Positions 30,581 through 52,137 of a stretch of 64,000 bases of DNA are shown one piece after another. The notes under the pieces were generated by a model. The model was given only the letters and a program-made list of their open reading frames with translations. It was not told the DNA's origin and ran no database searches. A program made the position numbers and the translations under genes. How positions within the stretch are numbered: position 1 is the stretch's first letter; every line of letters begins with the position of its first letter. This DNA is from the human T2T-CHM13v2.0 reference genome, Homo sapiens: assembly GCF_009914755.1 (NCBI RefSeq), contig NC_060931.1, one strand, 5' to 3'.

Positions 30581-32984
30581 CTTTCTGGATTTTTAAATTA
30601 TTCTGTTTAGAACAAGTTTCTGGGCTGAGGATTATAGAGGTCAGCCCTAGAGAGAGAAGATGCGCATCATCCACCTAAAGGGAAGAAGGAATGTTCGTGC
30701 TTAGAAGCTATGCAAACTTTCCTGCTTAAGTTGTCATTCTCCAACAGGCTATAAATAGCATCACTTGTGTGAAAGGGAACCTCCTAACTCATTTGTGGCA
30801 AATGAAATGTTTAGCAGCACGTTGCATCTACTTTATTGGTCTGGTTATTTAAGTTCAGTAGTAGGCTGACAGATGACAGAGTTCCTATTTAAATCTTAGA
30901 AACAAAGAGCTTCAAAAGCAATCTTATTAAGGGTAATGGAATGAACTCACATGTCCCTAGTTGATGAAGAGGTAATGAGATACCCAGTAAATTGCTCACT
31001 AAATGTCTTGTCATCTCTGGATCTACAGTGAAAGCCCACCAATGGATTATTCTATTGTTTGTAATGAGTACAGATACAAATATAAGACATCATTGTCATT
31101 TGTTAAGCAACATTTTAAAGGCCTTTTAATTTAACATATAAAATATGTTTTATTAAACATATTATGTAAGTAGTGGAAGTTATGTTAGATATGTTTAAGC
31201 TAAATGTGAATAACCAAACTTACCTAAAAAGTATATAAAAATTTTGAATTAATTTAATGTAACCAAAAGTGTGGGGGGTATTTCTTTTCTTTTCAAATAC
31301 AAACAGATTTGCAAGTTTTAATTGGGGGTATTCATGCTATCAGTTTGAGTCAAGTTAAGGCACATGGCTGAAAAAAGAAATCTTGAAATGTAAAATTAAT
31401 CACTACCCTCTAGATGGAAGAAATGGAATACTTAATCATATTACTATTTTAACAACAGTTAAGACAAATTAAAAAAAATAGATCCAGGACAAAGTTTCTA
31501 CAATTGGAAACATTTAAATAAATCACTTGGTATTTCAATTGTTATTCTCTATATTTTACAGTGGCCAGTTGTTAGTTTTTAACATTTTACAATTCAAACA
31601 TTAATATATTCTGACTACTCATTCACCCAACTCACTAATTAGTGAGGTTTATTCGTTTCCTGCAAGCGTTTTGTCCAGGCAAATTACTGCTCTGGTATCA
31701 TGAACAGTATCCTGCAAAGATGAAGATTCGTAGATATTGGAAAATCAGGTTCAGTTTCAAAACATTATTATTACTTAATAATGCAAGATGAATTCATCAC
31801 ACTTGTGTGTTTGTGTTTTTCAGGGGAATATTTGCTTAGTTCCTAATTAGTGAAGGAAAGTGAAAATAGAGTGCAAAAACTAAGATTGTCATTAAATGTT
31901 ATGAAGTGAATAGAGAAGAAAGGAAGTAAATCTAATGGCGATTGACTAAGAAAGGTCAAAAAACATATCTAGGAAAAATTGGGAAGAGAAAGGAATATGT
32001 TACAAAAGTTAATTGAAGAGCAACATTATTATTCTTAATACCAAGTATCAAATATTTATAGAGATAGCAATAGAGCAATTGTTTCATTGTTATCTTCATT
32101 GTTAGGTTTTGAGCTGAGAAAAGGAAATCTTTTATGTTACTGGAAATGAATTTGTAATCTACTAGAATATGTCTTTGACCTCAAGCCAAAAAATAAATAA
32201 TTGCTTTAGAGGGTATAAAATTGTAACACTTCATGAACACAATTATTTGGCCATGGATCCACATGGGGAGTATGGTTTACTCTCAGACAATATGTAAAAT
32301 TATCTGAAGAGCGATACCAAATTTGTTATTCTCAATGAAAGTTAATATACTGTTTTTACCCCAATCATGTGTGAAGACATTCAAGAAAACATTTTCTCCA
32401 TATGCTTCTATCCCTGCTCACCTCCTTTTCTCTTGCTAAGCTATTAGTCCCTATTGTCAGCAGAGAGCTGAGAATTTTCCTGAGCAGTTTTCTCTAATCT
32501 TGCCAATCAACAAATATTTACTGGGATATCTACAATGTGGAAGGACCTAGGGTTTTGGTGCTATGGCTGAAATTTTAAAAGTATAGCACATAGTTGTATT
32601 TTTGGGAAACATAGCTTTTATGCACATGAAAAGAAAATTAAGAATAAAGGCAGTCAATTTTAGGTGCTGAACAAGATGATATGTACGGAGAGATCATGAC
32701 AGTTTGGGATACAGAACAATGTCATAGTAGGCATCTCTGGGATGTCACAATAAATGACAACTGCTTGTCTCTAGGGATGGAAACTAGAAATTTGAAGTAG
32801 AAGAGACATGTGCTTTTGACTATATACCCTTTTGTATGGTTTTATTTACTTATGCTCTTATAATTTTTTTAATTGAAGATGTTTTCTTAAGGCAGTGTAA
32901 AACTAAGGTTTAGACTTATTTATAGTTTTTCTCCACAAACTACAAAGTTGGTATTTGATGTATTTGGTGTTATAGCAAATTATC

Positions 32985-33300
<316 letters not shown>

Positions 33301-33424
33301 TTATCCTGCTGCAATTCTGGAAATACTAGAGCAATGAAGGACTAGATGAAAATGTATAATGTACCAGATTTTTTTAGTATAATTTTCTTTACTTTTCAGA
33401 TTACTGATAATGGCACACTCTTAA

Positions 33425-36990
<3,566 letters not shown>

Positions 36991-37422
36991 TTATGGTGTA
37001 CTCTTGCCATAAAAGCAGAAAAAAAAAAAGAAATGTCTATCTGCTTATAGAAGCTTGCATGGAAAGGGGAGAGGGCCACGACCCCCAAAATTATGTCCAA
37101 ATCTGTCCTTCTGTTGGTTTATGTCTTCCTCCTACCTGTCTAGAGCTGGAGTCCAGTTTCTCAGTTCCCCAATATGTAACCAACCTACCCAAACGCTTAT
37201 GTATTAACTGAGCTCATAGCAGCCACCTGTTCCTTCTCCATCCGGATTAAGGACATTTGATTTCTAAATCCCAATTTCAAAGAACAGAGGAAAAAAAAGA
37301 AGTTCTGAATATAAACCCTCCATTTCAAACATCTATGTATCCTTTCCTTCTCTATCTCATATGAATGAAGAAAATCCTAAAGCAATTCTTGCTTTCTGAA
37401 AAGAAAAATGCAAGATAATTTA

Positions 37423-38436
37423 TTATTATTTTCTTTTTAAATTTGAATTTGAGTTTTAGATTCAGGAAATATATGTGCGGGTTTGTTACAGGAGCATAGT
37501 GCATGATGCTGAGGTTTGGGCTTTTATTGATCCTGTTACCCAGATAGTGAACATAATCCTCACTAAGAAGGTTTTCAGCCCTTGCCCCGCTCCCTCCATC
37601 CTTCTGGAGTCCCTAGAGCCTATTTTTCCATTTTTATGTCCATGTTTACCTAAGGTTCAGCTTATAAGTGAAAACATATGATATTTGGTTTTCTGTTTTT
37701 GCATTTTTTCACTAAGGATAATGGCCTCCAGCTGTATCCATGTTGCTGCAAAGAACATGATTTCTTTCTTTTTTATTGCTACATAGTAGTCCATAATGCA
37801 TATGTAAACATTTTCTTCATTCAATCCACCATTGATGGACATCTAGATTGATTCCATGTATTTGGTATTGTGTACATGAGTACATGTGTCTTTTTGGTAG
37901 AACAATTTATTTTCTTTTGGGTATATACCCAGTAATGGGATTGCTGGTTCAAATGGTAGTTCTGTTTCAAGTTCTTTGAGAAATCTCCCAACTGCTTTCC
38001 ATAGTGGCTGAACTATACCTTCTCACCAAGAGTGTATAAGCATTCCCTCTTCTCTGCAGCCTCGCCAGCATCTGTTGTTTTTTGACTTTTTAATAATAGC
38101 TATTCTAACTGGTGTGACATGGTAGCTCATTGTCATTTTCATTTGCATCTCTCTGATGATTAGTGACATGGAACATTTTGTCATATGTGTGTTGGCTGCT
38201 TTTATATCTTCTTTTGAGAAGTGTCTGTTCACCCACTTTTAATGGGGTTATTTGTTTTTTTCTTATTGATTTAAGTTCCTTATAGATTCTGGATATTAGT
38301 CCTTTGTCAGATGCGTAGTTTGCAAATCTTTTCTACCATTCTGTGTGTTGTCTTTTTACTCCATTGATAGCTTCTTTTGCTGTGCAGAAGCTCTTTAGTT
38401 TAATCAGGTCCTAATTGTCAGTTTTTGTTTTTGTTA
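37423..38436 (-). mobile_element. 5'-truncated L1 (old L1PA/L1PB-like)
   Basis: ORF2 C-terminal peptide NRHFSKEDI...NNRCWRGC; TSD aaaatgca(a/g)gataattta. Confidence 0.92.
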
Positions 38437-39344
38437 AAAATGCAGGATAATTTAGTCAGCTTACTACTTATTATCAGTTCATAATATTGAGTTGGTCATT
38501 ATTTCTTAGTAAAAAGGTTGAGAATAAAAAATTCAGTCATTTCTGAGGTCATTTGTGGATTAGCTTGTCAGCATCATTTCTCTTCTGCTAGCCTTCTTCA
38601 TAGTGTAAATATCTGCCACTGGGATATATTAGCAACTGTGACTCTTTTCCAGATATCTACTTTTAGTTTCAAATTCTGATTTTTTCATTTGATCCTCTTA
38701 TTGCAATACGATTGTCAAAAATGTTTTTTTTGCTTCAATATCTTATTTTTGTATTTGATTGTAATTAATTTGAAAAAGTGTTTTTCAGTCCTTCCCCCTC
38801 CCTAATTAAATCTTAGAAATCAACTCTAATCCTTTAAAAATTTCTTCATCAAATTTATAAGTAGAAATATCATTGAATTCACAGTATTTTGCAAATTTTT
38901 CATTTGCAGCATTTTAATTATTTTTTCTGGATAGCTAAGCCTGAATGTGAAGAGATCATATTTCTCTGGGTCCTTAAAAGTTTTACTAAATTGATAATAT
39001 GTTCAAAATAATTGTTACTATTCAGTGTCCCACATTACCATCTCTGTTTTCTTTTTCTTTTTTTTTTTTTTTAATACCTAGGAAATCCTGGGAGAAAAGG
39101 GAAGAAGTTCTAAGTTTGGGCTCAGTCATCCCAACTATAGAAAACAAATGTTCAAAATATAAATTTTGCAAAAAAAAAATGGATGGATAAAATTAATCTA
39201 TGAAAACGTCCATTGTAGGTGTAAATTAAGTGTCATCATTTCTTCTCCCTTCCCTCCTCAAATATTTCAGGAAATGAAAACTGGAGAGTGGTAGACACCT
39301 GCTACACAGATTAGTTTTTGTTTGCTTTTTTATTGGACATTCAT

Positions 39345-39655
39345 AATTTTTATTTTTTATTTGTTATTTTTTTTGAAATAGGGCCTCATTCTGTCACCGA
39401 GGCTGGAGTGCAGTGGCATAATTTCAGCTCACTGCAGCCTCGACCTCCGGGTTCAAGCGATTCTCCCACTTCTGCGTCCTGAGTAGGTGGGATTACAGGC
39501 GTGCGCCGCCACACCCCACTAATTTTTGTATTTTCAGTAGAGACAGGGTTTCACCATGTTAGCCAGGCTGGTCTCGAACTCCTGAGCTCAAGTGATCTAC
39601 CCGCCTCGGCCTCCCAAAGTGCTGGGATTACAGGCGTGAGCCACCGCGCCCGGCC
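39345..39655 (-). mobile_element. Alu (Sz/J-like), CpG-rich
   Basis: Reverse Alu; about 15 CpGs by my count. Confidence 0.95.
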
Positions 39656-40455
39656 ATGATAATTTTTAAAAGCCCATCTCGATTTCTGCATGATTAAGGA
39701 TGAAGCAATGAGTGAAACGTTATTCAGTTTTATTTAATCACTAAATAAACAGAGAAAGAAAGCAACTAATAAACCAATGTGAATCTCCAGAAACACACGG
39801 TATTTTCAAAGTGTGAAAACATTAATGACTTTCATTCCCCTGGGCTGATAGAAACTCAAAGCTTTGGAAAAAAGTGAGTTTTCTGTGTATTTAAGAGGAG
39901 GAAATAGGTAAGTTTGCTAGATCCTATTCCTTTTTTTTTTTATTTTTCTCATTCCTTGAGTAAAGCGGAATCTGAGACTCCTCGCTTTTCCTAGCTGCAC
40001 CATCCGCGCAGTCAGCAGTAGCCATAATAGCTGGGAGGTGGGGGCAGGAGGTGCAAGCACGTGGCAAGCCCTTTTATGCGTCAGCTAATTCCATGCTCTA
40101 GCTATAGCCTTGGGAACGTGAGAAATCCCAGACAGATGCTTTTTGTAAAGCTAAGGGAGAAAGTAAAAACTGATCCTGCTAAAAAAGAGATAACAAAAAG
40201 TACATCTGTGAATTATTTAAATCCGGCATTAAAAGGGTAATGCTGAAGAATTCATTAGCAAATTTAAGCACTTCTGTGCAGGCTCCTGATAATTTAATTT
40301 TTTCAGCTACTTTATGCAAATTTATCCTCTAATAATTTTTTAGTTTTATCTTTCCTCCTGTCCAAAGTAAAGCACCATAAACTAATATAGGTATATATAT
40401 TTTAAATTACCTAATATGCATAATACAAGTTGCTGTGTTGCTTAATCTTTAGTCA

Positions 40456-40848
<393 letters not shown>

Positions 40849-41299
40849 GCGGGGGCGGGGGGTATAGTCATCAGATTTGGACATCTTTGTATTTGAATCA
40901 GGCCTTCCTATTTGCTATTCATGTGACTTTAGAAAAAACATATAACAGATAAAGAGTATTTGCCATTAATATTTGCTCTCTAGACAAAGACTGACAAGAA
41001 CATTAAGTGGGGCCTTCCCCCTTGCCCCTGAGTAGGAAGAAGGCTTGGGTATGTACAGGAAGAGGTGAGGTCCACCAAGAAAAAAGGATCAGACTGTGGT
41101 TCTCAAACACCTGCTTTCAGAGAGGTAGACATTTTTATGAGAAACAAAAGACTACTACATTTTTTTTTAAGAGATGGGATCTTGCTGTGTTGCCCAGGTT
41201 GGACACCAACTCCTGGGCTCAAGGAATCCTCCCACCTCAGCCTTCCAAGTAGCTGGAACTTTAGGCATGCTTGGCTAAGATGATCATTATCCAGTGTAC

Positions 41300-42400
<1,101 letters not shown>

Positions 42401-42769
42401 TTCAGGAAAGCCATTGATTGTATTTTATAAGGTGCATAATGAAATGCAATGTGGCAACTATTATTTATTTGTGGCTTTCCCCCATCACATTCTCACTCTC
42501 TCACGCATGTATACACACATGTGCACACACGCACACACATTCACACACACAGACATCCCTGCCTATCTCACAATCACACAGACAAGCTTGCCTTAGTGCT
42601 TTGCATCTGATTCTGAGTTTTCTACAAGATTTTCTGATATTCATAATGCATGGCTAGTGATTGTTATTGTTTATTTATATTTCTAGTGATTGATTATTTC
42701 AGGGCACGGTTTTACCCCATTCTACAAATCTGGTTTGAAGATAATAACAATAATAATAATAGTGGTAGT

Positions 42770-42965
42770 AAGTAATTTATTGAGTGCTGAGGATGGTACT
42801 TATTTCATTTGCTTATTTAATTTTCACAACAATCTGTTGAAGTGGAAACTATTACTGTCCCTATCTCACAGATGAGGAGCTAAGCTTCAGGAGGTAGCGA
42901 CTTGCCTTAAGCCTTATAATTAGTACATTCCAGGCTGCCTGACTTTAAAGCCAGTGCTCTTAACC
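42770..42965 (-). mobile_element. MIR
   Basis: tttattgagtgct ... cacagatgaggagctaag core. Confidence 0.65.
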
Positions 42966-43785
42966 TCTGTACGGGGGAAATTTCACACATTGACAAAAAT
43001 CTGAGAGCCCCGACAAGTCTCCTCTATCTTTATCTTGCAACTGGATTTTGAGCCTAGTTAATCCTCGAGTTAGATTTTTAGTCTTTCCCTGAGTGAGGGG
43101 TGCACTGGATAGGGTCTCCTGCCTATACCTTACTAAAATATTTTCTGTTCATTTTCATTGTGTTTACCACGCTCATCTGTAAGCTTCCCTTCCCTGTCAC
43201 TGCACTACCCAGAAAGACTAAGAGGATTAATAGAACACTCTTCCTGGGAGAGGCTCAAAATATAATTGGGAGATTGCTGTATTCAGTTATTAAAATCACA
43301 CCATGATGAACTTGGTACTTTCAACAGTAAGTTCAAATTGTTGTGGTGGCAAAGAGACAAATAGATAGGATGCCTGGAGGGGCCATGAAATAGTTGCTTA
43401 TGGAGGAAGCTTCTAGCCATAAACAGAAAGTAAAAGTTTGCCAGGCAAGGCAGAAGGTATTCCATGCTGGGTATTCCACATTAAAACATTCCACTACATG
43501 TTTTTAATCTTATGGTATTTATGTTTAGCTGTGGTTTTTGTTCCGTAGCATTTTAAAAAAAGAAGTAATGCATCTTGGCTCCATCCTGCTACATCCTCAC
43601 TCCCCCCACCCACCACCAGTGTTTCCTGTCCTGTGGATATGTCCTCCAGGTGAAAATAAGGTGCTAGGCATCTGGTAACTAAACTTGACAAACTCAGGAT
43701 TCTATAAATTGGATATTCAGGGAGAACAATCCACTTGATTACTTTTACTTGACTTAAAATATATATGAACTAATAAACATCATAA

Positions 43786-44121
<336 letters not shown>

Positions 44122-44268
44122 AACAATATACTTTTAAGTCAATCAGAACGCCATCTCCCACTTCCACTCCTTGAGGGGAGAAATATTTACCCACCCAGCA
44201 GGAAAAGCCTCTCTCTAGTTTATTGTCTTACTGACATCCCATCAGTGTGAGGTTTACCAGAACCCAGC

Positions 44269-44630
44269 TGATATGGTTAGGCTTTGTATCCCCACCCAAA
44301 TCTCATCTTGAATTGTAATCCCCACGTGTTGCGGGAGAGACCTGGTGGGAGGTGATTGGATCGTGGGGTGGTTTTCCCGATGCTGTTCTCGTGATACTGA
44401 ATAAGTCTCACGAGATCTGATGGTTTTATAAAGGGCAGTTTCCCTGCGCTTGCTCACGCTGGCCTGCCACCTTGTGAGGGGAGTGGCTGCTTCCTATTCT
44501 GCCGTGATTTTAAGTTTCCTGAGGCCACCCGAGCCGTATGTGGAAAGGTGAGTCAATTAAACCTCTTCAGTTTATAAATTACCCGGTCTCTAGTAGTATC
44601 TTTATAGCAGTGTGAAAATGAACCAATACA
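44269..44630 (+). mobile_element. THE1D-like MaLR solo LTR
   Basis: TGATATGGTTAGGCTTTGTATCCCCACCCAAATCTCATCTTGAATTGTAA ... AATACA, 362 bp. Confidence 0.9.
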
Positions 44631-45494
44631 CAAACTTATTTTACAAATGAGGAATTTTGTTTCAAACACCTAATCTTACATCATTTTTGGAGCAGCAAAC
44701 TATCCTATTTTTGAAGTTACAGATTTCGTACTTCCTGACAGTTTAGTATCAGCCCCTTAGCTACTCTTAACCCAGGTCAATATATATATCTCTCTTCATC
44801 TATTTTTCTGTCCTTTCTCTAAAAGTACAAGGAATCAATCTTCAGATAATGGTATCTTTTCTACCTGTGCCCTTGTCCCTTCCTCTCTCCTGTTCTCATA
44901 AAACCTTCCCACCATTTCCCTCAATTTGCTCATTCCCTGCTGAGAAAGCAGGAGCAACTGGTGTGGAGAAGAAAGCAACAGGGAATTAGACAACGAAGTG
45001 ACCTTTAAACTATTTTTTTTTTTTTTAGCACTTTCCTCGTCCCTGAAGTACACATGTCACTATGGCCACATCTGTGGATGATCCCTTCTGCAAGGTTGCA
45101 GAGAGAAGCAACCGGGACCCAAAAGGGAATCGGAAAGCAGGGGTTGTGTAGGAAGCAGAGGCAAGGGTTTGGCGAAGTGAATGGGAGAAAATAAGAATTC
45201 AGTATATTTCCATGGAAATTAATATGAAAAATTGGCAAGGAAAAGTTCTGAAAAATCCATTTAAAACGCAAACAGTGTAGGTTAATGAAATATCTGCAGA
45301 GAAATAAATCTGTGGTTTTATTTCAGTGATAATCCAAATAGAGAATATATGGGTTAAAATTTGGGCAGATGTCCTTAAGATGAAAGAAATTGAATAGTAA
45401 TGCCAGCTGACTGCAGTTTCCCACATGGAAGGAAGCAAAGCGGGTGAAGAGTGAACATTTCCCAGGTGGTAACTGAGCTAGGTGCTTTGAACAG

Positions 45495-45697
45495 TATTTC
45501 CTGCACATGGCTGATTATCAGAATCACCTGAGGAGCTTTAAAAAATACACAATATTGCCCTTCCCTGGACCTGTTTAATCTGAATTTCTAGATGCACTGC
45601 CCCTACTACCCCCCACCTCTCCCTCCCTCCCTCCCTCTCTCTCTCTCTCTCTCCCCCTTTCCTCCCTCCCTCCCTCTTCCCCTCTCCCTCCCCCCCC

Positions 45698-45752
<55 letters not shown>

Positions 45753-45815
45753 TGTCAACTCAGTCACTTGGGATGTTTCTCAGGTGATTCAGATGACCAG
45801 TAATTTGGGGAACCA
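45495..45815. mobile_element. MER5A-like element containing a microsatellite
   Basis: tcagaatcacctgaggagctttaaaaataca ... caggtgattc ... tttggggaaccac. Confidence 0.65.
45608..45747. repeat. C/T tract (45608-45699) followed by (GT)24
   Basis: Directly visible. Confidence 0.95.
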
Positions 45816-46474
45816 CATTCTCATGTAATCCTTTCAACAAGCCAATGAAATAGGTTAAGGAGAATGGGCTTGCTTCTTGATAATGAACTAGGGACTCCTG
45901 TAGGAAACTGCAATTCAGGGCTTCTAGAGCTGTAAAATGAACTTTTTGCATAATGCATCTGGTGGTGAAAGAAATAATATGGTGGGGAAGGCTCATTAAA
46001 GCTCAGCATGTGGGCCCACATCTGCTTGGTGGAACATACTCATTCACTCTATGCTACTCTGCTTTCTGGCTTCTGGCTCTTGCATGGAGAATAGTTACAG
46101 TTGATCAGTTTCTTAACAAAATGTTCCATTAGACTGATCATCCTTTACAGATAAATCCTGGGACATGGAATGCATAGGAGAAGCCGTATGGTTTGTTATC
46201 ATGGTGAACAGTTTGTTGAGATGTATATTCACACAAGCAGAGGCTCACTGCATATTTGAGAGTCTGAGTGTGACTCCTGGCTCTACCCCTAGGCTGCCGA
46301 CCTCAGGTATATTATTTAATGTCCTTCTGCCTCAGATTCCGCAAGTGTTGTGGGGATTATAATACGGTCTACTTCATTAGGTCAGTTGTGGATTAAATTG
46401 GAAAATGCCTATCAAGAGCTTAGAATAGTGTCCAGGGACATAATATATGTTCAATAAGGAAATGCATATTTTCT

Positions 46475-46826
46475 TTTTGTTTAACTTTTAAGTTCAGGGG
46501 CACATGGGCAGGATGTGTAGGTTTGTTACACAGGTAAATGTGTGTCATGGGGGCTTGTTATACAGATTATTTTATCACTCAGGTATTAAGCCAAGTATTC
46601 ATTACTAATTTTTTCTGATCCTCTTCCTTCTCCCACCTTCCACTGTCAGATAAGCCCCAATGTATGTTGCTGTCCTCTGCGTCCATGTGTCTTATCATTT
46701 AGCTTCCCACTTGTAAGAGAGAACACGCCATATTTGTTTTTCTGTTCCTGCATTAGTTTGCCAAGGATAATGACCTCCAGTTCATCTATGTCCCTGAAAG
46801 GACATGATCTTGTTCTTTTTATGGCT
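46475..46826 (-). mobile_element. Short 5'-truncated L1PA 3' end
   Basis: 17-bp TSD ggaaatgcatattttct at 46458-46474 and 46827-46843. Confidence 0.92.
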
Positions 46827-47141
46827 GGAAATGCATATTTTCTGAATAAGTCTCTAACATATTCCTAATGCACAGTGGCACACATGAGATACCAGGGTGA
46901 TTACATGGCATAAAGTCACATATTTGGTAAGTGGGTGATTTAGGTTTTAAATCTGAGTCTGACTGACATTGAGCCAGTCGTCTTCCTACTACTCAATGGT
47001 GAACCTTAGCCACAAGAAATAAATGATCCTAAATCAGAGATGGTCAAAGCGTGGTGGTCTGAGTGCCCTGAAGAAGACAAAGATGGCATGTGGATAGAAC
47101 CAAAAAGGATGGATCACAAAAATAAGAGCAACTTGCCCTAC

Positions 47142-48042
47142 TGTAGGGGCCAAGGAAAACTTCCCTTTCACCCTCTGAAGGTTCCCAGAAAAATCAACTC
47201 TCAAAAGGAAGATTAGTTGGAGAAAGGGCATACAAATTGATTAGCAGGTCCAGGGGAGTGACTGCCCAGTATCACAATGGGAAACCCGGCATGGTGGCTC
47301 ACACCTGTAATCCCAGCACTTTGGGAGGTCGATGCAGGCAGATCACTTGAGCCTAGGAGTTCAGGACCAGCCTAGGCAACATGACAAAACCCCATCTCTA
47401 CAAAAAATACACAAATTAGCCGGGCATGGTGGTGTATGCCTGTAGTCCTAGCTACTTGGTCAGGGCTGATGTGGGAGGATCGCTTGAGCCTGGGAGGCAG
47501 AGGTTGTAGTGAGCCGAAATTGTGCCACTGCACTCCAGCCTGGATGACAGAGAAAGACTTGCTCTCAAAAAAACAAGGAGGCAGGGGGCGGTTACAGATG
47601 CTTATATACCCTATGTCTTAGGGGATTGGGGAAGTATGGATGATTTTTAGGGGGAAAGTAATGATTTTTAGGGGAATTCAGTGGGCTTGAAGAATATACA
47701 ATGGCCTGCAACAAGTCTGTTGGGCCTGCAGAGCAGACAATGGTCTGTGAAAAAAGTCTGTCCAAGCGAGTAGATAGACTTCCATCTTTCTTCCTGTGAT
47801 ACTGACTACAGTTAATGAAAAGTTAGGGAAGGGACCAGAGGTCATTGTTTTCTTCTTTGGCAGGTCTGGACTTTAGGCAGATAAGAAACCTCAGAGAACA
47901 ACTTCATTCTGTGTTTTGGGAGACATAGAGAACCGAGAGACCCGGGTGGGGTGGGGAGAATGTCAGAGAGACCTTGTGGCTCCTTTTTGAATTCAGCATG
48001 TCAAAGTGCCATATTTGGCATATTCGTTTCTGAGCCCCAACA
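47142..48042 (-). mobile_element. ERV1 solo LTR (MER39/MER34-like) with an Alu inserted at ~47285-47575 (+)
   Basis: Reverse strand starts TGTTGGGGCTCAGAAAC...TATGGCACTTTGACATGCTGAA and ends TTGGCCCCTACA. Confidence 0.75.
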
Positions 48043-48599
48043 TGACCTAGAACAATCCAGAAATTGAAGGAGATGAAGACATGACAGAATGTTGGAACTA
48101 AAATAGAAACTACTGAGCGAATCAGTGATACTTGGTAGAATATGTGCTATGACCAAGAACTTGATTTTTAGAATATGAGAAAGACAAATAGTAGGAGCAA
48201 AGGACAAATAGTAGGAGCAAAGATAAACAATCAACTTTAAATTCTAGGGGGGACAAATGGTTATACAAAAAATGGAAAACTAATCACAGTACCCTACTCT
48301 GTAGTAAACAATAGTACATATTTATAGTAATATAACTATGCTTTATTGATTTAACCTAAAGAATCATATTACTGTGTTAGGTGGATCGGGAGAAATAGTG
48401 TACAGGAATTACAGCCTCATCTATCATAGCAGAAAATCAAATAATGTATAAAATGGAAAAAGATAAAAAATATTAATATAAACCTACGTAGAGTAGGGAG
48501 ATAACTGCAAAAAGAAAGAAAAACATCAAAGGGTTAAAAATTGCTTTTCAAGAAAAAGGGAGGATTTGCAGGTGGGGGCTAACATGGAAAACCCTTTAA

Positions 48600-50382
<1,783 letters not shown>

Positions 50383-50739
50383 TTAAATCACCTCTTTGTA
50401 TTTTTAAAAATAATAATTAAAATATAGTACCCATTAAAAATAAAATTTCCGGTTTTCCAAGGATCTAGGACAACTGGCTTGCCTCAGTGAGAGATTGTTT
50501 TGCCCACCCTCTTTTTAAGATTATGTGGGATTTTTGTTATTTGACAATACTGTCTTGGCTTGATCTAGGGAAACAGGAAAGGACTATGTTGAGAAAAAGC
50601 AAGTAGCAACTGGTTTAGGTTCAAAGGGGAAGATAAGTGGGGAAATCTTAGGACAGAGAATGGGAGTGATGGATGAACAAATTCTATATTCCCTGGAAGA
50701 ATAATTAACATCAAGAAATGGTGAATAGTGATGGCTGAA

Positions 50740-50990
50740 AACAATATAGGCTTTACTATATAGCAACCACTGTTCCAAGCTTTTCACAGTTGTGGAGTTG
50801 TGTTGCTCTCCACAACTCAATGAGGGTTGGGTACAGTTATTATCCCTATTTTACAAATGACAAAACTGAGTTAAACAGAGATTATGTAACTTTATCAAGA
50901 TTACATGGTTAGCAGGTGCCACAGTCAAAATCTGATCCCATACCCTCTGGCTCCTGAAGTCTGAGCTCTTAAGTTCTATATGATATTACT
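50740..50990 (-). mobile_element. MIR
   Basis: tattatccctattttacaaatgacaaaactgag core. Confidence 0.7.
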
Positions 50991-51274
50991 TCTGAATACA
51001 CATGTACATCTCAGCTTCTGGGTTGAGGTGGAAAACTTACAAAAGCCTGCCACAGTGAATACAGGGGTTGTGGAGTGTTAGCCTGGGAGGCTTGCTTCTG
51101 AGTATTTCTTTCAGCTGCCACAGTGAGTATAGGGGGGTTGTGGACAGTTAGCCTGGGAAGTTTGCTTCTGAGCATTGGTTTTCACTGGCTAGAGGGCCAC
51201 TTGCTTGTATCAGTTGACAAAGTGTTGTGGGAAGAACTACAATAAGTGTGGTAAATGCCAATTTTGTTCTAAAG

Positions 51275-52137
<863 letters not shown>

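Noticed and set aside
30124-30678. Six overlapping 105-158 aa Tyr/Ile/His/Cys/Val ORFs
   Set aside because: Translation artefacts of a stop-poor dinucleotide repeat.
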